DNA of 61,883 nucleotides, counting the filler, from Choristocarpus tenellus KU-1152 (lineage: Eukaryota > Protista > Phaeophyceae): assembly GCA_964200185.2 (NCBI GenBank). It is 7 parts of 7 records of this genome, joined end to end, with 100 filler letters (N's around TTAATTAATTAA, not from the genome) between each part and the next. Parts side by side here need not be neighbours in the genome. Positions count along the whole stretch, not along the records: positions 38,531 to 46,911 come from CAXNAD020004785.1; positions 47,012 to 50,582 come from CAXNAD020019193.1; positions 50,683 to 57,317 come from CAXNAD020007696.1; 4 more parts are not named here. One strand, 5' to 3'. This document shows, in pieces, positions 39,214 through 51,509 of this stretch. The position numbers were made by a program, and so were the translations under genes. The notes beneath the pieces are model-generated. The model was not told the origin of the DNA. It made no database searches and worked only from the letters and a program-made list of their open reading frames with translations. How positions within the stretch are numbered: the first letter of the stretch is position 1; each line of letters starts with the position of its first letter.

Positions 39214-40038
39214 GTCGGTGTGAGCTCCGAGAGTCGCCCACTACGTGCCACCACCTCTAGGTCAAGCGTGTGGCCACGTTCGAGCTAATGGGTGACGTCC
39301 TCCCAGAGCCCTCGCATGTAATGCTCGGACACTCCAAACTCCATGCGAGGGCCGGCTCAACGTGTCACAGCAGTTTATGCCACCAGGGACCATCGAGGGT
39401 GTGCCGCACTGCAAGCGCAACCCTGGTATTCAGGGACACTTGGGTACCCTTCCTACGCGAGGGGGTCGATGGGGGGGTTGCCATGCTGACGTACTGACCC
39501 TCGACGTGCCCAGTTCTGGCCTCAAAATCACCCCAAAAGACCCCTATTTTGACGGCTTCAAGCACCTCGTGTTTGTACCTGATGATCCTCGACCCCCACA
39601 TCTTCTGAAAGCTGAGATTGTCAACCCGATTTCATTCTATGGGGTTATCGTCCGGTTCGGCGCCGTTCTCGCTCAGTGAGCCCAGATGTTTCGCGGCACA
39701 AACTTATGGCACAGAGGTAGTATAATAGCATGTACTTCGAAGTATATGGTATACACCATATATGTATCACACATAACACGATGGTACGTATTTATAAATA
39801 ACCACGCCCAATTGCATGATGTTTAAGACTACCTTTCTACCTCTATCTTGTAGTCTGATTTAAAGTATGTTATGAGTGTTTGAAAGGAAGTTACAATTTG
39901 CCAACTACAAGGTTTGAATTCGTTTGTGAAAGTATATCATGAAGAAACAATTGGTTGATGAAAGAGTGTTCTGAATAATAGAAGACAATTATGGATCAAT
40001 GAACTAGACTAAAGAAGAGGCTAGGTGCAGGAAACATT

Positions 40039-40297
40039 GAGTGAAAGTATCTTAGAGGGTGAGAGTTTTTCCCTGTTTGCCCATTCGGGGCTTGGCTTCC
40101 CATGGATTTTTTTAGGACATTTTCCTACTCCAAAATATTTAGGAGTAGGTAAAATATATGCGTTATGAAAAGGTGTGTCGAGTATATGGATATTGACACT
40201 TCCTAAAAAACACGATAGCCAAAATTACACAAAAATCGTAACATTGGATTTTGGCCCCCAAATGGACCCGGCTCTATCCTCTAAGGTACTTTGACTC
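40039..40297. mobile_element. MITE family A copy (imperfect TSD, CATT/ATT)
   Basis: GAGTGAAAGTATCTTAGAGGG...CCTCTAAGGTACTTTGACTC. Confidence 0.85.
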
Positions 40298-40572
40298 ATT
40301 GTAGCAAGGAAATGGCGAATGGCGAGTAGTGCTAGTGATCAACGGAATGAGTGATTGTGACAAGGGAGTCCCCCTTAGGAGATGAGCCTTACTCCTTTTC
40401 TCGTTCCTTACTTCATCTACATTGTGTCCAGTCCAGCAAGGAAGTAATCAATACAAATCCATTTGAGTCTTGGGACACAAGGACTTCTTGGACATGCTAG
40501 CTAAGGTTACTCATTAAAGTGAGATAAGTTTCAAAGGCTTGTGTGAGTTGATTGGAGGAGTCCGGTGGAAGT

Positions 40573-40755
40573 GGCTCAAAGTATTTGAGGGGGGGTGTTG
40601 CAGCTGTCCATTCAGGGCCAATTTTTCCATGTCGCGATTTTTGGGTGTGATCTGGTTGCATGCGACGGATGGATAATATCACTGTACTTCTCCTGATCAG
40701 GGGCCGAATGGACACCCTGGTGCAGCCCCCTCCTCTCCCCCAGATGTTTTGAGTC
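40573..40755 (+). mobile_element. MITE family B copy with TSD AAGT
   Basis: AAGT|GGCTCAAAGTATTTG...CAGATGTTTTGAGTC|AAGT. Confidence 0.85.
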
Positions 40756-40954
40756 AAGTGAACATCAGTAACGTCGGAGGTGACGCAGAAGTACTGAGGA
40801 GAGAACTGCAACCCGAGGACCTACATCAGTTGAAGATGGTGAAAAAGTCTAAATTGGCTTCTATGATGATGAAGAGGGGCTACAGGAAAGGGCCTGCTGA
40901 AACCCATTCCACTACCTGCCAAATTTCAGGTGCAGTAGCCTGGCTTTCTAAGAC

Positions 40955-41158
40955 CCCGCACATCACTGCTCCCCCTCATACAGAACATCCGTCAAAAGTC
41001 TCATTGGCGAAGTCTGCATCAGCATAGGCCACTAATTTCAGTTCTGCTCCTCTCTCGTAGGTTAAGCCCAACTCTCGTGTTCCTTTGAGGTACTTGAAGA
41101 TCTGGAACACAGCTCTCCAGTGGACACGACTTGGAGCATGCGAGTGACGGGCTACAGG
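40955..41158 (-). mobile_element. Ty1/Copia RT-RNase H junction relic
   Basis: VARHSHAPSRVHWRAVFQIFKYLKGTRELGLTY...LVAYADADFA...SV*GG, containing a stop. Confidence 0.85.
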
Positions 41159-42905
41159 TCTAGTTCAGACTTCATTGGGGGATTACACCTCAGGACTTGG
41201 CGGTTGAGGAAATTACGTCCTTACCTATTGGGAGCATCGTCTTATGATTTTGGGAGTGAAATAGTAATAAAAGTATAGGACATTCCTCTTAGTGTGCGCG
41301 GTTTTATGATCCTACGTGGAAATCAAAACCTAACCCCATTTTCTATTTTTTTTGCATCTTACAGACCGAAAACCTTATCATAGCAGGATCTACTTATAGG
41401 TTTATAAGGAGGGGCTATGTCCTTATTTTACCAGGTTTACACTTACTACTATTTGTGTAGTGCCATTATATTATTATGTACTCTGACATTCTATAGATGT
41501 GCCAGGGGAGGTTGAAAACCAAAAAACGACCATAACCAATGATTACTGTCAATAAAGCAGTGGTAATAAATGTTAAGACACCTCCCTGAAATATGTACAA
41601 CTTGAAAACTAACAATACTTCTCCTTGATTTTTTCCTCGACTAAGTAATGTGCATACTGCCATGCTTCTAACCAGTTCTGACCTAGCGAGCTCCCCCAAG
41701 AATCTGTCAGACTCCATCCTGCCCATCTGCCTGGTGTCTCTAGCTTAAAATGCATGACGTGTCTTGAGAGAGCCACTTGTCCAAGTGACGGACTCTTATC
41801 TCAAACGAGGCTTGACAGTCCTGTTCCTGCAATGCCTTCCAACCCCTGTCCCTCCTGCGGGATGGGTGACCATTTCGTCCAGGCAACTCTCTGCTTGCTT
41901 ACCAAGTTACCCAAACTTTCTATCGCGAAGGTGTTGAGTATCAAAAGATCCTTCCCTCGTAGTGGGTTGTACTTTTTTTGTTCCTCTTCTGTTGCTGCGC
42001 CACCACACTATTAGTATTGGATGGATATGGTAAATGACAGCCTACTTGAACCTACACAAAAATAATTGTTTTATAGCATCATTTACATGGATGTGTTGTA
42101 GGTTTGGAATGATGATGTCAAAGGAAAAGCCAGTTCAATATCATAAGAACCCCTCTAAAAATACAGTTGTAAATTATGGAACGTTTGTTAATGGGTAAGA
42201 GTACTCAAATTTTCAGTTTTTATATCTATATCATAGAAATTTCTTGGTTTCTGTCCACAATAAAATCGGCTCCACAAGGATGGATATGACGTCGTGTATC
42301 TGTGACAACCTCACAAAAATAATTCCTATTTATTTTTATTACAATGCTGTCTTAGATTTTTGTAAATGTGTGAGGGGAAAAACAAAGGAGATTGTTAATG
42401 GGTTATCACTTATATTTTATATGGTACCACAGAGTAAACTGTTTAGAGTTTTTTTAAACGGTGTTATTCCAAATTCAAAATAGAAGTGCATACATATGAT
42501 TTGTAGAAACACCAATCCCTCTTTTTGTGGTTCGTTGTCAGAGTTGTCAAACAAATACCACACAACTATCAACAGTAATAACTCGAAATGATAATATATA
42601 TTTTTGTGAGTATTAGGTATAGTGATGTATTAGAGTATAGTATTTATAGAATTTATCTAGTGCTTTATCTAAAATATGTGGAATAGTTACGCGTAGGAAT
42701 GGAGTGAAGGGGTATAATATCTCTCTAACAAGAGTGATTGCAATGTTATGTATGTTTTGTTTCTAAACCCCATCCTTTCGTTGGTTTTGTCGTTCAGCGG
42801 CTCTGATTCAGAAAAGCTTGGTAAGGGACAAGTTGAGGTGTGCAAGGTCCTGGTAGAGGGACCAAGACAATACCTAACAACGAGAGCGGAGAGATTGAAT
42901 AGCAC

Positions 42906-45900
42906 ATGTCTGACATGGAAACAAATACCCAGCAGACCGCAAGGAATGGGGTACTTCCCGAGCAATGGAGGTACGAGCCCGCCTCTCCACTTCGCTCAAG
43001 ACAGATCTACAGAAGAAACAGCCAACGGCATCCTCCGCTCGATGGGTACTCCGAGTTGAAGGTTTCGAGGTGGATACAGATACGGATATTTATCTCAGAC
43101 TTATACCAGTCAACTCCTCACCCCTGGGGGACATTGCTTGTGTTGGTGACCTGGGCAGTGGCGGTTGCAATTATGAATGAAGAGGACATCTTGGGCGCAA
43201 ACATGGCACTGGACACGAATACCGCGAAGACTATTACTACCATCCTCGCCTTTCTCATTGTCTTCCGAACCAACCAGTCCGTGCAACGATGGTATGAGGG
43301 TAGAATCCTGTGGGGAAAACTTTCCTTTGCCTGTGTCGAGCTTACACAGCAAGCTGCCGGATGGATAGAAGATGCTGATCTTGCCCGTCGCATAATGCAC
43401 CAAGCAATAGGTGCGTTTACTTTCAGAAGAAGGGTAAAGAAGCTATGCCACCCGAGTGAACTCTATCTCTCTTTGCTGTGGCCTCATCGTGTGCGTTCTT
43501 TCCAGTAGGTCATCGTTTGAAGGGGAAGCCCATCCAACGTGAATCCTCTCCCTCAGCAATCTGGGATATAAATACCCTGTCCACTAATTTACGCCGTTGT
43601 CTGCATCGTTCATCTTCGCGACTCATACAGCTTTTAGCTACGCCGTAAAACAGCACATGCGGGTGGAACAACTGGAAAAGTGCGAACTCGAAGGCATAGT
43701 CCTATCTCCAGAGGTGAGTGCGAGAGACTAGTTCCTTTCCCCCACGACAATATGTTCAAACATGCTGGAATCTTTTGCCTGGCTACACCTGAAATAGGCT
43801 TAAAAACTAGAGGTTGGGTTCCGTAAACTATCTGCCTCACCTTTTCCTGCCATGGTCTTAACCCTCACCGAGTTCCTCACACCTCAGTACCACACACTAC
43901 CGCGAACCACCTGGTGGGTTCCCGTATCCTTTGCACAGTCAGTGTGATCGATTGTCAACATGCGGTGAATCGAACTGTGAGCACTAGCACCATCTCTGCG
44001 TTCTCCCAAAGATGCACCACATTCCTTTGCTCATGAGTGAAGTTACCCCTTTCCCCTGCTGTCTCCACTAAAAATATATTTGCTCAGGTGGACCGGATGA
44101 ATGACCTCAAACTCCCTGCGCCATTGTACTGCGCAGACGTGATCAGGGAGTGCATCAAAAAGGGCCTTACTAATCATCCGGTTGCATTTGGTCAGCAGGC
44201 CATTGCCAGGGGTATTGATGTGAATGTGGCTACGATGACTAGTTGCTTTGCTAACATGAGCAGGATCAAGTCTACTCCTCAACCAGCGTGCTACCGTACC
44301 CTCCTCCACTTCTTCACTGTGTTTTATCTGCTCCTGCTGCCAGTGATCTCATACGATTACATTGGGAACTGGATTATCCCAGAGGGTGAGAGGAGCGAGT
44401 ATGGGGCAGGGGTGTAATGTGATGTGACACGATAATTCAGGAATTTAGATTTTTCTTTTCCTTGTTGCTTGTTGATAGGCATTATACCAACTATGGAGCC
44501 TGTGTCTCCATTTACCTGCCTGCTGAGTGTTGGTATAATCTCCTTGCTGGAGTGCCCTTGGACCTGCAAAGTTGGAAATCTTTTCAGTCAGTAGTGCACA
44601 TATGCTGATGGATTAGGAGGCTTATAGAAGATGCTCTATACAGTGGAGAAAATATTACGTTGACCAAGTTGTCTTTGCCTGACAACAATGGTGTTCAAAT
44701 CTGTCTTCCGGGTCCATTACTCCAATCAGAACTTATTAGGGCATGATTAGAGCATCAATGTTTTTTATAACATACCAACAAGAATTGATTGTTTTTCCAC
44801 TTCTGGATATGTGGTTGAACAATGACCATTGGCCGAGGTGAAACTGTTTGACTCGATAAATAAATGTATTTGATCTTCATGGTAGACAGATGCTCATGTG
44901 CCTTTTAATATCCACTGTTTATTGCCTCCTCCAATTTCTCTCAGTATTTTTCACTTCATACCTGATGCTGGGGCTGCAGTTGGCCGCCAAAGACCTTGAA
45001 GACCCTTTTGGCTATGATCTTAGTGACCTCAAGATGGACGAGGTGAGGCATCCTATATGTAGTATGATACAATGCAAGACTTGTAAATGGGCTCGTTCAA
45101 GAGCACTTTGCTACAATCACTTGTGTTGGCTATTGAATTGATTAATTGATCACTGATATTTTATCTAGCCGGATATCTTGAGCAGTGCGGGTCTTGAACA
45201 GCATTGAAAGAAAGTCCTCTTCCAGAAAACAAAGTAGCGTGTCTGTTACACTAGAAAAAAACTTGGAGACTAGACAGTGCTTTTTTGTTTTGCGGTATGC
45301 AGATGTTATCTTGACAACAAAGTCTACTTACATGACGACTGTTGGGTCTACGCAGTGGTTGCTTTTATGACAGGTTGGGTAAAACCAGCTGAGTGCAGCC
45401 CATGACCACTATTTGTCTATCGTTGTTGTTTGTGCCCCTTTGTCAATGCTACTGTATTGACTGCCCTTGTCCCTGTCATTGACACCACATCAAGAGTGTC
45501 GATTGCACTACATGAGACTTTTGACACTTGAGTATAGGGCCTTTTCAGTTTTCAGCTTCACATTTGCTGCCATTCAAGTGGTGCAAAAAGCGTGTTCAGG
45601 GAAACTGAAACTCTTTCATTACATGAAAGTGCACAGGAAGCAAAAAAAAAAGGCAATTAATTTATTATATTTTCCTGTTGGGAGTCTAATAACAATTAGA
45701 GCTTTGTTCATTTTTTGGATGAAGAGGTCAATCTTCATAGCAAAGAATTTCCCTTATCTCGTGGTTTGGTTTTACTCCACTATGTAATCACTTAGTCTCA
45801 ATCATGTAAGAGTCCACCTGTTAAAAGATGGTAAATGTAACTGCCACATGCGCATGAAGAGTATTTATCCACCAGAGATTTAAAGATATGTCAAGCAGGG

Positions 45901-46911
45901 GAACCCAAGCATGATACGTGTTAATTCATAAATATGTGTGGGTTAAATGGCAGTATGTGCCATGTTCAACTGCCTATCAGGTTGAGTTTAATGGCGCAGT
46001 CTTGATATTGCTTTGTAAATTCTGTATTGTGTTGTTTATGGACAACATCGCTTTTGAGTACTGAGATATGTCACTGCTATGAGACAGAAGGTAGAATTGA
46101 TTTGTCAATCGGTTTCAAATGTACCAGGTCACAGCTGGTCAGAACCCTTGTCTCTTTTATCCTCCGATCTCCAACACTACCCTACCCTCTTTGCCTTTCA
46201 GTTCTGTAGGAAAATCCGAGATCATTGCCAAAGGGCATTTTTTGTTGGATGCAAGGGTGGTCATGACCTGACACTTCCTGATGGTGGGGCAGGGGCAGAG
46301 GCTACGCTGAAGCGTGAAGGTCTCCACTCGCACTTGAAAGGCTCTGGTGTACTGTACTCCTCCAACGTTACCTCTGCCTCAGCTCTACCTGATCCTGTAA
46401 TGCCAAGGGTGGGGGGGAAGCTTAGCACTCAGAGGTCACCAGTGATGACCAGTGCACAGAGGTCCCCTGTATTTGTTGATGCCCTGAAGTCACCGCCAGC
46501 TCTGTCAAACAGTCAGAGGTCTTATATTTTGGCTAATATTCAGAAATCACCACAACTCATGGTGCCATCAAACAGCCAGAGGTCTGTAGCCCTGAGCACT
46601 GGTCAGAGGTCTGTAGCCCTGAGCACTGGTCAGAGGTCTGTGGCCCTAAGCACTGGTCAGAGGTCACCTATGTCCAACAATTCGGGAAAGGCATCAAATC
46701 TTCCATCCGTGGGTGAACCTGCACTCTATGAAAATGGAAACCCTCTTTTTCTCTCAGGAGTACCGTTGGAAAAAGTCACAAGTAGAGATGCACATGAAAG
46801 CATGGATGTTGTGGAGGGGCCATCCCCCTCCTCTGTCGCCATGCAACAGGTATCTCCATCATCAATTACTAATGTAGAATTAGTACACGCGGATGTTGAG
46901 CATGGAATCAG
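42906..46911 (+). CDS. UPF0187/bestrophin-like (YneE/VCCN-type) anion channel, 3' end lost at the linker; exons 42906-43410, 43631-43713, 44088-44385, 44945-45042, 46202->46911
   Basis: AFLIVFRTNQSVQRWYEGRILWG, AFSYAVKQHMR, RIKSTPQPACY and LGLQLAAKDLEDPFGYDLSDLKMD; phases compatible; long Ser/Pro-rich tail. Confidence 0.9.
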
Positions 46912-47039
46912 NNNNNNNNNNNNNNNNNNNNNNNNNNNNNNNNNNNNNNNNNNNNTTAATTAATTAANNNNNNNNNNNNNNNNNNNNNNNNNNNNNNNNN
47001 NNNNNNNNNNNAAAAAGTTTTTTTCAAATATAAAGTATA

Positions 47040-47235
47040 AATTTTTTCATTGAGGATGGGCTTGACCCAAAATTGAATGGGATAAAGTGTCGATATGTTT
47101 TTTTTTGTATTGTATTGTGTATTGTATTGTGTATATAATTAAAAAACAACATATCGACACTTTATCCCAGTCAATTTTGGGTCAAGCCCATCCTAAATGA
47201 AAAGCTCCATCCTCAATTTTTGAAATCGGCTGCTG
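47040..47235. mobile_element. Foldback family C copy with an internal ~60-bp inverted repeat
   Basis: TTTTCATTGAGGATGGGCTTGACCCAAAATTGAATGGGATAAAGTGTCGATATGTT pairs with AACATATCGACACTTTATCCCAGTCAATTTTGGGTCAAGCCCATCCTAAATGAAAA; the copy ends TTTGAAATCGGCTG as at 14791. Confidence 0.8.
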
Positions 47236-49731
47236 TTAGAGGAACCACACACTTCACTACCTATCATATACGATTGACTATTAATAATTGTTGCACTGCG
47301 ACTATAATGATTCTCATACTTTGCCTCCACTTCTCTCCTGCTAATCGCACACATCGGGTTCAGCATTCCCATTGCTCGTCCCTACGTCTCCTCCCTCGCA
47401 TCTTGCGTTGGACTTACCTTAAAATTTCAACAGTCGAACTTGGTCCGGCGTTTTTGTGGTATAGCCCACACACAAAATGCAATCTATTACGTGGTTACCA
47501 CATGGAATTGGATCATCGAAAGCAGGTTTCCGTGAAGAGAATTATGATATCGAGGGATTCGAACCCGCGAAAGGACAATGAATTGGAATGAGTAGGTTCT
47601 ATAAAGTACGTACGTAAGAAGGATTAAAATATGTTTGTTACTCAGGGACACTTTTACAAACAAGTTCTATTGAAGAGGGTCAGGAGGTGTGACATAAAGC
47701 ATAAAGGGGTGTGCGTCTAGGCTATATATCTCGGCGTAAGGAAATCATTGAATGTCACTGGAACCTGCAGGTGGTGTGTGCAGGAGACTACTACTATATT
47801 TTTCAGGTTTACGTTGGTCTTTAAAATTCGATCAACATACCCCTCGTACAAAATCCCAACTGTCACTATGTGTACTTGTGACGAAAGACGTTAGGTGGAG
47901 AAACACAGTCCCTACTTTCCCTAATACCCCTACTTAGGCCTGCACGGAATGCTAGTGTAAGCTTCTAACTTTGTTGCCCTCCACTCCTTCACAACCGTTC
48001 TTCAAGGATGACTTCAAACAGGAGAAGAACTTCCAATCTAGCTGGCAGGGAGCCTTTACTTACTCCAGATTTCTTTTTTGGTGAAGACTTCTATGTGAGC
48101 AATCTGAGCTAATGTGCAGATCTTCTGATTAGGGTAATGGGTTTTGTATTCTCTGAGAATGAATGCCTTTCGTATGACATCCCTCTTGAACCCAGGTTTT
48201 AGGCAAGGACTTTGGCAACCTCCTGGTTTGACTTGCAGTTGTCGCCAAGAGTCGCGGTCTCCGAATGATCAGGTCGATTTGTTACGTCGATCCTGAAGCT
48301 GGACAAACGCTACACGTTTCATTCATTTTCCGGCTGCCATGTAATGCCCTTGCCTAGTGCGATAAACGTATTGTTTTGTCTCTGTGTTTGTGTGTTCCGC
48401 CAACTCCCTTCGAACTTGCCGCAGCACACTTCCGACCTGACGAAACTGTATTCGAACGAAGAAGGCGATCTTCAAGAACACGAAGCTTGGTTTAGGGTGT
48501 ATCATCCTGAGCTCTACATAGTCCAGCCCATCGATGCCAGAAGGCAAGGTCAACTGAAATGTATGAGGGATTTGGGGATATTGAGTGGAGGATAATATGT
48601 GCATTTTCGATTTGGGATATTTTATGTCAACAGGTGGAATTTATGCATCATCCTAGCTCCTAGTGTGCAATGTTATGCAGCATTTGATGTCTTGGGCTTA
48701 TACCAGTGCCGATGCTGTTCCTTGTAGACCATACAAACACTAGAGAAGTTCGTAGTGTGATCTGCACAGTATCCTTGTTCGGTCTTCCTAGATCTGAAGT
48801 TGCCGTGTACAACAGTGAGCACAAGTTTGAGGTGCAATGCCGTAACTCAGGCAATGGCTGAAATGCAATGCTCATAAATTCCAAACTTACAGTTGGTGTT
48901 TGCTATGGTTGTTTTCCCGCCATATTGAACGGTGTAAATGCAGAAGTTGCGTTGATCCCGTATGTTTTGTCAAAAAAGTGAAATTTCGCCCCATGCAAGA
49001 GCAGCCCAGCCTCTCATGTATGAGCTGTGGTTGGGGACAGATAGTGTTGACCAATCAGATACGCTTCTGCCCCCAAATGTAAAATATAACCTTGTGTCAC
49101 CCCCATCTCAGGTCAACAAGTCGTGCCTCTCTCCCAGGAAATGGCGGAAATTGCAAGGAGAATTGCAAGCCAGGAGCCCACACAAGGAGTAATGAGACCA
49201 GCAGAAGGGAAAGGGTGAACACGGGGGCAGCAACGCCCCAAGGATCTGAAACCTGTGTTGTTCGGAGAAAGCGATGCTTGGATAGTCTACAGGTGCATGA
49301 ATTGTAGGGAGTAACTGTAGGACTTTGCCTTTTGCCTTCAGGGGAAGACTGGTGTGGAAAACTTCCATGCATGTGACTATGATTATAATTTGTTGTGTAT
49401 CAGTTGTAGCTCGTGGGTGAGTGCCATCTTTTGCTCAGTGGGAGGAGAGGGCTGCTTGTGCTATGAATTTTTACTCTTTTTCTTTTTCATTTCCTTTTTT
49501 TTTTTTTGTTCTACGTAAACTTTGTTGTGTCTGCATATGGGATATATTTCACTGAGGAGTTGAATTCTGTTTAGTTACTGCAGGGATTGCAGGGATGCAA
49601 TACATTGGATACTGACAAATATGTCCAAAAGTTGACTTCTTACAAATATGTAAAGAATATTTTCTGATTTGTGAAGGAAAAGTTTAAAACAAAAGATAAA
49701 TAAACGGTCCCAAGTCAAACATCGAACTTCA

Positions 49732-49977
49732 GAGTGAAAGTATCTAAGAGGGTACGAGTTTTGCCCTTTTTGTCCATTTGTGGCTTGGCATCCCATGTTT
49801 TTTTATCACATTTTCCAACTCCAAAATGTTTCGGAGTAGGTAAGATGTATACGTTATGAAAAGGTGTGTTCGGAACAAGGACATTGACACTTCCTAACAA
49901 ACACAATAACCAAAATTACATCAAAATTGCAACATTGGATTTTGACCCCCAAATGGACGCGACCCTACCCTCTAAGA
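49732..49977. mobile_element. MITE family A copy, right terminus truncated
   Basis: GAGTGAAAGTATCTAAGAGGGTACGAG...CCCTACCCTCTAAGA, then diverges. Confidence 0.8.
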
Positions 49978-50682
49978 GCGTGATATTGCAGTTGTGTAAT
50001 TTTAATACACTTAGTACAGTGAAGGGTATTGAGGTGGTAGGCATGAGATGTTTCTATTGACCAAGCGCTGACCTCTTTCAGTCTGTACCACCTGAGAAGT
50101 GGCCACATCAAAGCGCCACTTTTTCTTCCTTTTATTATTTTTTTGTGGGATCTATCTTCCACCAAAAACATTTATTCTCAGGGAATAAGATCCTCCCAAG
50201 AAAACCCAGAGAGAAACTCCGGAGTACATGAGTGTGTATGACTGCCATTGTTGAAAGCCTTGGACATGTTTGTTGTAGGGTTAGGGTTGTGTAGTTGTTG
50301 TGCCAATCGCTACAGACGAAATCCTCAATCGAGTGAGGGTATAGACTGATTAGGTGGAAGGAATACTGATTTCCCGACAGAGTCAAGGAAAAGCCCCTTG
50401 CATCTGTGACTGGATGTAGGTATAGCAATGCCTGCCCGAATCCTTTCCTAAGTTGCTTTTGTTTCTTGATTTTGATCTATATTTGGTGTGACAGATTCCC
50501 CCCCCCCCTCCTTTTCCCCCCGCCCCCCGCTCTTCTCTTTTCTTTGCAAAAACCTCCTCTCCTCCTACCCCCTCTTCATCCGNNNNNNNNNNNNNNNNNN
50601 NNNNNNNNNNNNNNNNNNNNNNNNNNTTAATTAATTAANNNNNNNNNNNNNNNNNNNNNNNNNNNNNNNNNNNNNNNNNNNN

Positions 50683-50852
50683 TGACTAGTTCAAGATTCA
50701 GCTGAAGAAAAAGTCCCCATCTTTTGAGTTGCTTGCGTATCAAATCCTTGGTTGAGTGAAAGGATTTGATGTTGGAGCGAGATGAGCTATTGAAGAACGC
50801 AAGCAACTCAAAAGATGGGGACTTTTTCTTCAGCTGAATCTTGAACTAGTCA
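50683..50852. repeat. Perfect 56-bp inverted repeat (50683-50738 / 50797-50852) with an inner 11-bp stem
   Basis: The arms are exact reverse complements; the loop contains ATCAAATCCTT...AAGGATTTGAT. Confidence 0.9.
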
Positions 50853-51509
50853 TGATGAACAAGTCCAGGTGCCGCTCTAAATTAAGTACTCCGTATTTGG
50901 AAAATGCTATGAGTTGATCTGAATATCTTGTTCACAGTCTATTTATTCATCAGACATATATGTTGTGTCTCAGACAGAACTCTGCTGTTGTGTGGTGATT
51001 GCTTCTATGCACTTTTGTACAATTCATAATAGGTGGGATATATTTCATGTTTGGGCTTACGAGTAGTTGTCAGCTGGAAGTGCCCCCCCTCTATTCATTG
51101 GCGCCATATAGTGATCATAGTTTGACAGTGATGGACACCACAGAGGAAGTCACTGATATAACATGGGTAATGGAACGAGCTACCACTGGATACCATGCGT
51201 TTCCCTTGGGTATGGAGGGTATCACTATGATTGCTGTGTATTATCCCTTACATGCACAAGCTGCAGAGAAATGGTGAATCAAACTGAGCGGAGTTTGGAG
51301 CTGTTACGCCTCATCTATCATTGCAATTTAAATGGCAATGAGTGCCATACAGAACAAAATGACTATCAGGTCTTGTACACTTGGTAGTACATATTCCCTG
51401 ACAGCGTACTCCTGATGGAGTTTGTCATCTACAATAAGGACTGCTCAGATGCATAGATACTCACTCTATAGAATGTCGGCAAAGGGCATAGTTTGGTCAC
51501 ACATCCTAC

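Larger units (their letters stand above)
38596..39720 (-). mobile_element. Tc1/mariner element of the plant-type DD39D clade: disrupted transposase (~39250-38596) and Stowaway-like terminus at 39720
   Basis: With the MITE removed the reading is STVRQVA..AAKALNYSTSTINRWL..IGAMLNRHWIKPKLESWQKVWRMDFVC...SMGNTIHVDETWFY, matching the IKP-x-L and HIDEKWFY motifs. The minus-strand end reads TA|CTACCTCTGTGCCATAAG. Confidence 0.85.

Noticed and set aside
47700-49400. Coding-looking segments (e.g. 48344-48595, 49110-49217)
   Set aside because: No recognisable motif or consistent splice model.
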